Assembly: GCA_002633005.1 (NCBI GenBank)
Contig: NMRA01000198.1
Location: 656,115 to 720,114, forward strand
Direction: 5' to 3'
DNA length: 64,000 nt
Source: Phoronis australis
Lineage: Eukaryota > Animalia > Phoronida
Below the pieces are notes generated by a model. The model saw only the letters and a list, made by a program, of their open reading frames with translations, did not search any database and was not told the DNA's origin. The translations under genes were made by a program, and so were the position numbers. Shown here in pieces: positions 1-11,800 of the stretch (the stretch's first letter is position 1; each line of letters begins with the position of its first letter).

Positions 1-240
1 TCCTCGCCAGTGGCTCGGAACCCAATCAGGCAAACAAAAATCGCCTCTAGAGTCAAACCCGTTTGAAAGGCAATGTCAGTCGTGGCCTTCTCATCAGCAA
101 CACATCTTTTAAATTTTCATAACGAACCTTTGAGCGCTATGGCAGATAGAGAAGTGGATGCCATCCGTATTAAAAACCTATTTGCTGAATTTCATGAAAA
201 TCAATCAAGGAACTCCGAAGATACAGAGACAAACGTTAAA
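1..240. repeat. Interspersed repeat family with internal subrepeats (related copies ~35050-35350, ~44230-44820, ~60180-60830)
   Basis: aatttcatg.aaatc...aaggaactccgaaga is shared with ~60690-60725; gtgcc.cctagtggc-type motifs link the other copies. Confidence 0.5.
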
Positions 241-329
241 AGCACACACATAAATATGTGGGCGTATAAAAATTGAATAGAACTTTAATATGACTTTGCT
301 GGAAATGCATACATGGCATAAATATGATA

Positions 330-660
330 AAACCACATTTGTCAATATTTCCAATATTTGTAGTAAGGTATAGTAAGCCTGGCAAGCTATTCCAGCCCAC
401 GACCATTCTAGGAAAGAATGTCTTTTGCCTGGAATGTGTCCTGTTTATTAGAATGTTACAATTGGATGAACTTCTGGTAGGGATGCCAGAGAGTGCAAAA
501 ACTGCAACAGGGACAATATCAGTGTTGATGATCACAGACTTTTTATCGTACTTTTAAAACATTTTGAGCCTACAGATTTTGCCTCTGTGGCTGAGGGTGG
601 GCCAGTTTAAGGTTTCTAACATTGACTCCACAGAGGATAGAGGTCCTCTTCCGGCTTCAA
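330..660 (-). mobile_element. Degenerate 3' end of a non-LTR retrotransposon (LINE) ORF2
   Basis: Minus strand reads SSVESMLETLNWPTLSHRGKICRLKMF and KTFFPRMVVGWNSLP, typical of CR1/L2/RTE-group C-termini; contains stops. Confidence 0.7.
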
Positions 661-950
661 CAGACGATCGAAATACCAATACTTATATGTTGGCGCATGT
701 TAATGATAAATTTGAACTGTGCATAACTGAAAATAACAAACAAAGTGCGGGTTAATGCCAGGACAAAAACAAGTTTTATTATTTACCAAGTAAGGTTGAT
801 GTTTGAGATATGACTCGTGAACATCTCGATTGTTTCTGACCATGTTGTGGGAATCTATTCCAAAGTACAATACTGGATGGGAAGAAAGAGTTTGAGTAGT
901 ATGCAGTGCGAATGTATGTTCTCTCAAAGGTCATTTAGAACGCACCTGTC

Positions 951-1468
951 TTGGCAATTACATTGCCCTGAATGCAGCTGGCATAGGAGCGATAGTAACT
1001 CTCCATAAAAAGTTTCTCATTTCAAAATACAGCAAATAAAATCCAATGAAACATGCGTATAGGCTCATGGAGTTATAATTAACACATACCATGACTCTGG
1101 ATACAATTTAGGCAGCATAACTTGAACATATCCATGAAAATGTGTGGCGGTTTGCTCGAGTTTCTCTTACCAGGTGTCACTTTGTTGAGGAAGTTATGTG
1201 AAATCATGCATACAGTTGACGAATAAAAAGTCCAAAGGACACAAATTTCACCTATCTTCCCATGCTATTTTGCAAGTGTCATGCACCAGCGTCGTGTGCT
1301 TCGCTCAGTCTATAGAAAGGACCACTGAAGAAATTATAAAGCGCTTTTTTTAAGTGATAGTTTAAAGTGTAGACTGTATTTTTGACAAGGTGAAAACTCT
1401 TAATCGGTGAGCAGATTTCGTGGGACGAAATTAGTACAGAAAGAGTTGGGAAGTGTTGTAGCCCATAA
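951..1468. mobile_element. Interspersed repeat, same family as 9984-11441
   Basis: Shared blocks ggcaattacat, ctcatttcaaaatacagcaaataaaatc and ccaaccgag.ggctac. Confidence 0.75.
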
Positions 1469-1643
1469 CCGACCAACCGAGAGGCTACTGCACTGTGACA
1501 CTGTTACTGTGTTGCACCTAGCACCTGTTCTGGCCTGGCTGCTCTGCGCTCTATTCTTTATATATTGTCAACATTGGTGGGATCCCAAGCAGAGGAAGAA
1601 TATTAAAGTTTGGGCAGGTACACCGACTTAACGCACAACTTAC

Positions 1644-1734
1644 AAGATCCGTGTAAAAAGATCAACGTTGCAGTGTGTTTCGGATTTGTTTGGGACATAA
1701 CAAGTGGTTGCGAACCTTCAGTAGAGGCCGCCAT
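1644..1734 (-). CDS. LYPLAL1: Lysophospholipase-like 1 / acyl-protein thioesterase-like, coding exon 1 (gene continues left of the window)
   Basis: ATG at 1734 gives MAASTEGSQPLVMSQTNPKHTATLIFLHGS, then a GTAAGT donor (phase 1). Resembles the recalled LYPLAL1 N-terminus (..HSASLIFLHGSG). No further exon found in the window. Confidence 0.8.
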
Positions 1735-4700
1735 ATTCCCACAATGCATTTGATTTCTTTGGATGCGCAAGTGCAGTAGTAGGAATATCCGGTTTAGTTT
1801 CAAGCGGACTCGAAAGGTAGGCCGGTTTGAATTTTGACAAGTTTTATGACTGTTTACTGATTTTACAGAAATTCAGTGCTGCATCACAATTTTCGAAATA
1901 GGTAATATAAAACTCTGAAATTATTTTAGGATGCTCAATGCGAAATTATTGCTCCGAATTTCATTCATTGGCAGACTCCTCTTTCGACTTGTTTTTCCGG
2001 ATGTGCTGGTAGTTGACAGGTTGTCAAGTGATCAGTTATCATTTCCTTGATAACACGACACGGCTAACACTAAATCTCTTGATGCATGAACATCATGTTT
2101 TCAAAACAGTTCTAGTAGAAACATGATGAGCAAGAATTTTTTGAAAAATCAATCAGCCATCTAAGTTAATTACAATTTTACCTGGCCTGTGATTTAATGA
2201 GCCAGTAACTATTAACTTAGTTATGGCATAAGTTATGCCATGGAAGTTGGCAATCATTCTCAATTGTCAATTATTATTTTCGCGGGTGTACAAAACATTC
2301 ATAAGCTTTTGCCGACTGTCCTCCCTTAGGAAGTGTACAAAAATGTTGAATTGTTATAGGTTTGTATTCGTTTGTATTTATGTTTGAAAACTTGTACAAG
2401 TTATATGCTTAATTTGATCAAATGTAAATTATGTTAGTGACAATGTTAGTCTTTACATTGGTTGCGTGTGAATGTGGGACGTGAACTTGAAATTGCAATG
2501 TAATACCAATGATTTTCAGTTAAAGCACGTTTTCACGACATCTAGCGTGTAAATTAAGAATATGGTTGCCAAGCTGAATGCCCCACACATAACATGAACA
2601 AATTTCTCGTAGTACGGTAGTGCAAAGAACTGACATTTTGATATTAGTTGAGACCATGCTAGGCTTATAAAATGACTCTCTGTGAAGGATCAACTTGTGG
2701 TGCCCGATCTCAAGCAACTACAAATTGTCAGTTCTTTCACATCTTGGACATGTTAAGTTGTTACTTGTGATGGAAGATGGGTTTATTGCAACTTTAACCT
2801 CTAGCTGAAATCAGGCTCTCAACCAGAGCTGAAGGTCCACCAGAGGGCATTTCTCCACTTGGTGAAATGGATAGAAACCAAAATTCCTGTCCAGTGTGTT
2901 AGTACTAACCATATCAAATTACCTTGTCATGTTTAGAAAACCACAAACGATTTTATGTGTTATACTTTGCCTCTTTTTACCTTTCTCTAACAACAATGAA
3001 CGAAATTGCCTGCCATCTTTTACTCTTAGTTTTTAACCTTATGATGTCATTGACCCGAATGCCAGCCAATGAGCTCAGTAAATCCCAATGAAGTCCATAA
3101 GTTGTGACCGGTTGTTAAAATATGCAAATGGAGGAGTGACAAGCGAAACCTTAGAGTGAATAAATTCTGTTGAAGGGCTTGATTTCTGTGCAGTTATATT
3201 GCCTGCATTATTACTTGAGATAAATGTGTTCACGCGATCACAATTTTGGATGCGTACGGTGACATGTAATTCAAGTGATGATGTGTATGGCACTTGATTC
3301 TACATTTTCACTGTGTGCAGTCTTCCAACCCTGGTTACTGACTACTTCTTAAAAATCACACCATTGTTTTGTATCTTGAAAAGAGAAATTCCTAGTCTAA
3401 GAAGACAGCTTCCTGTTTACACTTGGAATTGTTGAAAATGGTTGCTACCAGTAACATGCTGGTAGGAGAGTTAACAAGAGAAACATTGTGTTTAATTGCT
3501 AATTTGAAATTTATTGGAGTATAAACATATGGGCATTGGCCTTAAGTATAACAAGTAAAAGATATAGTTAGCCTAATCATAAGATGTGCTACAAACTGGA
3601 CTGTAAATTGTTAGTTTTGAGAGCACATTGGACCAGAAGTGTTTGTGTACAATTCTTTAGTGGTTGCTTTTGTCATTCTCCCACATTGTTTGAATTTGGA
3701 TTCTCGTGAGAAGGTCTGATGTCTCTCTTGGAAAATTCTCTCACGTAGTTTTGCAAAAGTAACCCTTGCAGTGTTTATTATTTAATTCCATAACGTTATG
3801 TGAATTGAAAAGACAATTCCAGGTTTAAGTATACCATGTCCTGCTTAAACGTGAAATTTGGAAGAAAACAATTGCCAATGTGCTCACATACCAGTCTCAA
3901 CAACAGAAACCAGCTTTGAGGCTTCTGGAATTCTGGGTCATTCAGTTTGGTCTACCTGAGGACAAGAGGGTGCGATATTGTTGGACCCCGGCGCTAGTTT
4001 GATGAGTGATATCTTGGCATAACCCCCCCACCCCACNCCCCCTGCAATCCCCCCAAACACACAGATTTTTTACAAAAATGCATAGACCAAGGTTTTTACA
4101 TCTAAGTTTACAAAACAGCCTTCTGTAGTGAGCATTTTTACTAAAAAAACCCTGTAGACCAAGACTTTCCAATGCTATCAACCAAGTGTGAGCATAGCGA
4201 CATTGTATATACTTTTTATATACATTGTATATGTCTTTCTGCTTTGAAAAAATAGCCCCCACTGTGAGTCTTCATATGCTTCCTAGTAATCATTACAATG
4301 TGTGAGTCCAAACTTGAAAGGCTCCTATTGATAGTGGGCTTCCAAATGATGCATTGGGTGTCCTTGCCAGGGCCTCCATATTAGTGCTAGGGTGTCCATT
4401 TGGACGTCCAGGATGTGCGCTGCATAAAGGCCTGGCTATGATGCCCATCTGACCATTAACGTTTTTGCAAAATTGTTTTCATGTAACCATGACCAGGCAA
4501 CAGGAATTTATCTATATCTGTTCAGAATATTCCTCTCCTATATTATATGCTTTAAAAAGATCAAGCTGTAATGACTTCTTGTGGTTCAAGCAAATGGGCC
4601 ATAACTAAGTTGTGAACCTTAAAATGTAAAAGCCCACTACTGCATTAAACCTATTGATGAGAATTTTGTAGTTGAAAATCTGGAAAATTTGTTTTCTGTT

Positions 4701-5671
4701 GGGGATTTATTTTTTGCTTTTTTGAAGTGATGCTACCTGGACGTCGGGAATTTTCCCAATCTGCAATTATCTTCCAAAGTTCGAGATTGTGAAATGCCGT
4801 TATGACATTTGATATTATCAAACTGATATTTCACTGTGGATAGTAGTTTTACAGGAATTATGTTTTGAAATTTTCAGCTTTGCCAACCATACATTCATAT
4901 GGAGTACCTATGTAGGCATGTTATTACTATCGCGAGATACACACAGTCACACACTATTGAATGAGAAATTGCATTTCCTTATCAAGTGCATGTTTGTTAT
5001 GGAATTCCAAAACAAAGGCTTGTTTGATATGGAATTGAGGACATTTCATTGAAATCTGTCCCAAACAAATATATACACTGCTGAGACTGTACATTTTCTA
5101 GCTTAGACACAGCTAGAGGCTGTGAGTGTCTATGCTAACAAGTAAGACAATATTCCTTTTATACTAGCTAGTTCTATGCCCACCGTTTTCCTTGTGACAC
5201 TCTTAAATCATGACATCCAAATACTTAAAAATTTCACAAAGTGACACACACATTTTTTGCAAGCTGAGTCCTCTTTGAATACGAAACGAGAAAAATCCAG
5301 TTCTACTAAAAACATTAAACTGGTCATGTATTTGGAATTAGTAAAGTGACGTGAAGTAGAAATACAGGTTACATTTTAACCATAAATTGTTACTGCATTA
5401 CAGTAAAATTCATTTGTAAAATCGTGTGCGCAAAAAGTTGTTAACAAGCTCAGATGACACGTCATGCAGTCTGTGATCGTCATTGACTATTGATCAATTT
5501 CCAATGACAACGCAAAACATGCAGAGAAATCTGCATATACCCACTACTGTACAGAATCCTTGGTTGCATATAGGATAGTTATGTTTTCGCCTAAGTTCAA
5601 ATGTATTTGCATATCACAAATTGTGGTATGGTAACAAATGGGAACAAACACTGTACACATCGTACAACATA

Positions 5672-7486
5672 CCGTAAACGTTCGGGTTAACGCCCTGGGC
5701 GGTTAAATTGGCAAACCCAAAAAATCGGGGGTGGGCGGTTAACCAGACATGGGCGCTTAAACGCGAAACTTCAAAAAATCCAGGGTGGGCGGTTAACCGA
5801 ACATGGGCGCTTATTACGACAGGCAAGCGCCCTGGGCGGTTAATCTTACCTCGTGATCTAAGTACCCACACCACACACGTAGTCGTAGGCCTACTCGGAA
5901 TGCGTAGCACTTTTCAAAGAGCGTTATCGTCGCGTCGCCACATGACGGGAAAAATGTCATAACAGCGGATGATCCTAACAAAGGTTATCATGCCCTCAGA
6001 TTAGTTATTCACTATTAAATTTATAGAATTGCTGAGTAATAGCCCCGTGCCGTCCTCCGGTCTTGTTATTTAGCCCTGTAGTGTAGAGCGCAGACGACCA
6101 GTGACCACGCAGCCTCTACTTGGATTGCAACTATTTCATCTTGCTAAAGTGTGCGCGTGCAAGCTTCACGTGTTGCAGAGGTCACAGCAGACATCAGATT
6201 TATGGTTACAGTCTCGTACTAGCTGCCAAGTTCATAGTCAGAGAGCAGTTTTAAAATTGGTTGTAATAAAAGTTTGAAAACCTTGATTCAGATGTTTTTT
6301 GTGTTTGGGATGTTTATAGTCAACACTCCGTGACTCAATGACATTTTCAGCGTATGGTTCTGTGGCTTGCTGTTTTATCTCGACTGCCCGGCATTGCTCA
6401 CTTGCCGTTGCGCCAAACATGCTCGGCAAAGAAGTAGGCCCAAGACAAGAATCGGGGTTAAGCGGCCGTGTGCCACTCGTCAATCAAGAATAAAATTTCG
6501 AGCCACGGCATAAATATGTGATAAAACGCTACAAAACAGCGATGTTTCAATTCATAAACGATCACCTTACCAAACTTCGTGGTGGAAAAACATTTATTTT
6601 TCATGCAAGATGTCCAGATTATCCTATTTATATCACTTGCAATATCGCACTGCGGCACTGTTCGGTCCCGTTGTTAGCGCGCAATGTCTCAGTCGGCTGA
6701 CAATCGTGACTTGGAAATGCCGTCAAGTAATATAACGGCCTCTTTCAATATGCATCTCGTTTTTTATGGCCAAAGATAGCGGCGGGATTCAGCACGCGCG
6801 TAGGGCCTACGTGCGAGTCACCTGTCAATCACATGTTGGTGTCAAGGTAACATGCACTCCAAAGTGTGGGAACTTGCGCGCGTGCACCACTACAAAGTCA
6901 CACATCAAAAGAGAATAGCGACAGTCCTAAGTAACAGAAACGGGCGTGACTATATACTTTTAACCATTGTCTCATTTCTCTGGCCTGATTTTTTCGAATA
7001 TATGTTTTATCAAGTGCACTGCAGACGAAAACTCAGCGCGGCAGACAAAGTCGCTGAAAGCGGAGGTTTTGACGCCGGCGGCGTTCTTAAACTTTGCAAA
7101 CATGGGAAGAAAATAAAGTGACAAAAACGTTCAAGTATTATATTTTGAAGTGAGTCCATGACCCAAGACAATAACTCGTTACTTGTATAATTGCAATTCA
7201 CATTGCTAAACCACCGTCTCGGAGGCCCGGCGTTGTTGCGCTCATTGTGATCATCGATCTTTTTCTAAAAGTCGGGGAATCGCGCATTTCTTTAGCACTG
7301 GGCGCTAAATCTTCATTCTTTAAAAGTCGGGGATGGGCGCTTAACCGAGAGGTGGGCGCTTAACTGGAAATCTTCAAAAATCGCAGGGGGGAGCTTAACC
7401 GAGCAGTGGGCGGTTAAATCGAAAATCCACCTAAAGTAGGGGGTGGGCGGTTAACTGAGCATGGGCGTTAACCCAAACGTTTACGG
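5672..7486. mobile_element. Non-autonomous Tc1/mariner (pogo/Tc2-like) DNA transposon
   Basis: TIRs ccgtaaacgtt(c/t)gggttaacgccc, TA target duplications at 5670-71 and 7487-88, many subterminal gggcggttaa repeats; no intact transposase seen. Confidence 0.85.
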
Positions 7487-8714
7487 TATATTTACATTAT
7501 GGACTTGTGTGGCTTGATAAATGATCTTGAGTTTTTATAATGGCATGAATTGTATACTCTAATACAGCCTTATTTCTCTTATAATATATCTGTCTTTCAT
7601 ACCAAAGAAAAGTTAGATTTTATTTAATGTGAAACCTTGCCAGTGAATTGATTTCTAAATCATTCTTGATAAGATATTCAGTTTGGAAGTAAACTGATTT
7701 TAAAGTGTTAGTTTTATTACTTAAATCAAATATCTAGCTATTTTTCAATTATTTACCCATTGGCTAGGACTTGAGTGTCTTCCTCAGTTGTTGTCTGGAC
7801 ATAATTGTAAGTTTGTCTGTAATTCACTTGGGAGTTTGTGCAGCTTGTAGTTATTGATTTTAAATAGAGTCGCAGATGTTACTCAGTGTGTAGGGTGAAT
7901 TGATTTTGTGGCCTTGTTTTGGCACACTGGCCAACTCAGTGGTCTGAGTCAGTGCTGTAGTGGGGCCTGGGCGTAGGCGCATGTAGGCCAGCCAACCGCC
8001 TTTTGGCATTTGAATGTAGCGCCTAGGCACCGTAAGTTACGTTCAGTGCTCTAGGTGATACGGTGGGTTTTGGGCGCCTACTTACCTCTTATTTTTCCAC
8101 CACAGCACTGGTGTGAGTAATCTACAAGAAGATGATTGCTGGATGTATCTTGTTGGAAATTATCACACATTGGAATAATTAGCTTAAGGAGACACAATTG
8201 AATGAAAAATGCATTTTTGGGGTTACTGTTGGATGGGATAGACTTTTTGAAGTTATCAGCTTTGACTTGAGATAAAACAACAAAATTCTCCATTTTTGTT
8301 ATTTGATTGCAAATTGCAAGTTCTCGGCATTGTCTGCCAGTCATTCACTGAACTCAAGGCCAGTTACATATGCTTAACTCTGCCATCTACCATTAGGTGT
8401 CTAACTCCAAAGCATCGGACTGCCATGGTTTAAATTGCGAGTTTGATTTCGTGTTGGGATGTTCTTGCTTATAATGTTACTTAAATCACCAATTGCATCG
8501 TTGCTGATAGGGTGGCATTTCTATCACTAAATTAACATCTAGTTACTCTATCCCCTGTAAAAAATGGTTGATGTACTTTTGCAAATTATATAATATGTTA
8601 CATTCAAGCCAGGGCTTTAAGAATGTTTTTGGTTTTAAAGATGTTGTATGTAAACTATTTGGTTGAAATTTCCAGTTTCAATGGATGGTAGTTGACTGAC
8701 TGCCGATTGTAGGC

Positions 8715-8836
8715 ATGGCAAGTTCTAGTATGTCCACGGAATCCATTCCTGCATCTGCAACATCGGGAAATGAAAGTGAACAAGTGTCTGATGATGAGAC
8801 GGCTGGGTCTGAGGCCTCGGAGAATGTCGAACAAGA
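8715..8836 (+). CDS. TTLL5: TTLL5 first coding exon (acidic N-terminus)
   Basis: tgtag|gcATG; [10 protein letters not shown]...SENVEQ; GTAAGT donor; phase 2 matches the next exon. Confidence 0.75.
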
Positions 8837-11800
8837 GTAAGTTATGTTTTAAGACTCTGTCAAAGCAATAAAAGTTGACCGATCATGGAGTTTGAGATTT
8901 GCTGAAAAATGGCGTCCAATTCAGAATATTTTCTATCATCTGTTTAGGCACCATTGGTAATGATGTGGGCTTAGGTAATGGAATTAACAAGCTGAAGTTG
9001 CTTCTTAAAACATCATTTCTCAAACCTTTTGGTCTATTTACTCTAATCTCTAGCCTATTTTTTTGGCGCAATGTTTTGGTTGGTCTCAGTGGCTTAGTAG
9101 TGCAGAGTGCTGAATTGAAAACTAAAAGGTCCTACGTTCAAACCCCGTCCTGCACCAGGAAAAATACAATATAAGTGCATGAGGTTACCAGATATCCTGT
9201 GCTCATTCTTTTAAGAATGCTGTAACACCTGAAGATTGTTGGAGAAATTACTAATGTTTCCATGAAAATAGGATAGAGGTTGGTGTAAACAGACCTATAG
9301 ATTTGCTGATAAGATCAGATAACAACCTGTAATAACTAAAATGCAATAACCCAGTTGACACACCCAAATATACAAAAGAAGACTGGTTGTGAATAACTTG
9401 CCTTAGCTTTACCACCAGCCTATTCATGGCTCAGTGCACATACTCCTGAAAGCAGAGGTTCTGTGTTGCATTCATGATGTGAGAGGCCAGTACCAGGTTG
9501 CATGAAACAGCCTCAAATAGGGACTCAATAGCGGATTTGCAGTGCAGACGAACTACGCATTGCGCATGTGCGAGTTACTTCCTTCGCGAAGGCTCATGGG
9601 ATAGCTTGTGGTCAGGCATGTCTTGAGCAGGCTGGATAGTGTGTGCATTTGGATTGATTTGCAAACTAAAAACCATGTTTCATTTTTTTGCTTTATAATA
9701 CCAAGCAAGTCCTCTCTCTCGTTTGTAAACACAGCGTAGCTATGATCAGTGACCGAGTGACCGAGGGAACGACTGTCGTCATGTTCAGTATTGGGGCTAT
9801 CGGCGTTGATTTCGAAATCTCCTCCGGTTTCAGACAAGTTGAGAGTTCTTGGGTTGCTTAACTTTTGTAGCTTTCGCCGTGGATATGCTAGAGACGTTAA
9901 TTTTACGAGGAAACTCCGTCGGAATGTTGTTCTCATAAGTCTTTTTTCACCAGGAAAATGTTCGCTGCACACACGATGGCCCCTAGGCAATTACATCGCA
10001 CTGGATGCCGCAGGCATTCAGGGGCGATAGTACATCCTCACAAAAAGTTACTCATTTCAAAATACAGCAAATAAAATCAAATGAACCATACATATAGGAA
10101 CNNNNNNNNNNNNNNNNNNNNNNNNNNNNNNNNNNNNNNNNNNNNNNNNNNNNNNNNNNNNNNNNNNNNNNNNNNNNNNNNNNNNNNNNNTTTAAACAGT
10201 ACACACCATGGAATTTTGCACATTTTGAATTACCGGTGGCCACAGACTAAATGTATGACGTAAAATTTAGCTAAACCCATGTTTATTTTGTGTAATTAGC
10301 TCGAAATTTTGATTTTTCTTTCAATTTTGCCAATTTTCACATTTCCCGCCATGTGACGTCATGGGTTGAACACAAGAGATCAGTGACCAGCATTGAACAA
10401 TGGCGGAGAGCAGTGAATTTGAAAGCGACGACGATTATGAGCAAGAATTAAATAAATACTATGAAGAAACGTACGGGAATGGTGGCCAGGATGAGGAAAT
10501 GGGGTTGCACGAAAGCGAGAACAAGTTTGATGTCCTTCCGGCTGCGTACTTTTCTACTTTGAGCCTTACGAACTGGATCCTCCCGCGAGAGAAGCGGCCT
10601 CGGGCTCGGCGAGTCAACCCAGTCATCCAACAGACGATCCTGAATTAAGAGCCGATGTTTCTGAATGATAAATATTGTCCTTTATTGAACCAGGCCTTCA
10701 TCGTAACATCTCCTGTGACTGGAGTTGAAACACGAGTCCTCAAAGTGGGCAAAACACAGAGTGGCCCCGGACCGAATCGCTTGGTCCACGATGAGGTCCC
10801 ACACTCTCGTTAGGCGCACGAAGCGATGTCACTTCAGCGCAACTTTGGTGTCCTTCGGAACACCGAGATGTTCTCCGCCTGTCTGCTGTTGCTGCAGCCT
10901 CCGGCAACATATCTTTTGATCCCTCTACGAACCTTCTTTGCTTTCACTTCACTCTATACACTTTGTCTCTGATCCGAACAGTATGGCGAACGACTTGGGT
11001 TCAACCCATGACGTTGTACATAATTTTTTTTTTTTCAATTTTTGCGTGTTTCTTTATGAGCTGTGCACTAAAGGCACTGAAATCAAGTAAGATATAATAA
11101 TAAAATTTATTTTGAGGTACTAGAGTCATGTTGTGTACACTTTAACTGCAACCAAAAAAGTGGAGTTGTAATTCTTCGCCAAAGTCAACTTAATTCTCAC
11201 AACTAAGCTTCATCAAAGATATGTATAGAAGTAAAAAGGACCAATGATGAAAGTAAGCGTTTCTTAAATGGTAGTTTTAAGTGTAGATTGTATTTTTGAT
11301 GAGGTGAAAACTCGAAATCGGTAACCCAAATCCGGTCACGGCCCATTTAAAATACACTGAAGTAACGAAATCAATACAGAAAGCGAATGGAAGTATTGTA
11401 GCCCCTATAGGGCCAACCGAGGGGCTACGTGTTGCCTACTAGATGGCCCCGCGTTGGTTTGAATGCACTAAATTTCCCCTTTCTCCCAGCTCTCCTAATG
11501 TTGTTTATCCATTTTCACGAAGTTCTTGGTTTGCAGGGAACACATAAAAACTCTGATTTTTATCTCTCTTGTTGTTTTTGAAGCAGCCAGGAACACAACA
11601 AGTATATCCGCCGTAAGTTTTCTTCGCGCTCATACCGCGTATTATGCTTGTTACTATGGCCGCTTTCAGAATCCTGACCACAGCACCCACAATGCACCAT
11701 TTTAACCTAATTTCAATATGGCGTCGCTGCAAATCCGCTATTAACTTCCCTAAATCTTTGCATATTTGCGTCTTTGTTTACTGACATGTTTAGTATGATC

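Larger units (their letters stand above)
9984..11441. mobile_element. Insertion with 9-bp TSD and TAG...CTA termini
   Basis: gatggcccc duplicated at 9975-9983 and 11442-11450; splits the THAP coding sequence. Confidence 0.8.
9530..11739 (-). mobile_element. THAP-encoding DNA transposon, ISL2EU-like (defective)
   Basis: Perfect TIR agcggatttgcag with AT duplication; minus-strand [42 protein letters not shown], frameshifted and interrupted. Confidence 0.8.

Noticed and set aside
1171-1252. Candidate LYPLAL1 exon 2 (ag...gtaag on the minus strand)
   Set aside because: Translation does not resemble the expected DSGQG-like segment and it lies inside an interspersed repeat.
10400-10648. Acidic 82-aa ORF as a host gene
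   Set aside because: It lies inside a Kolobok-like element, and an FYFEPY motif falls in another frame, indicating a frameshifted transposon remnant.
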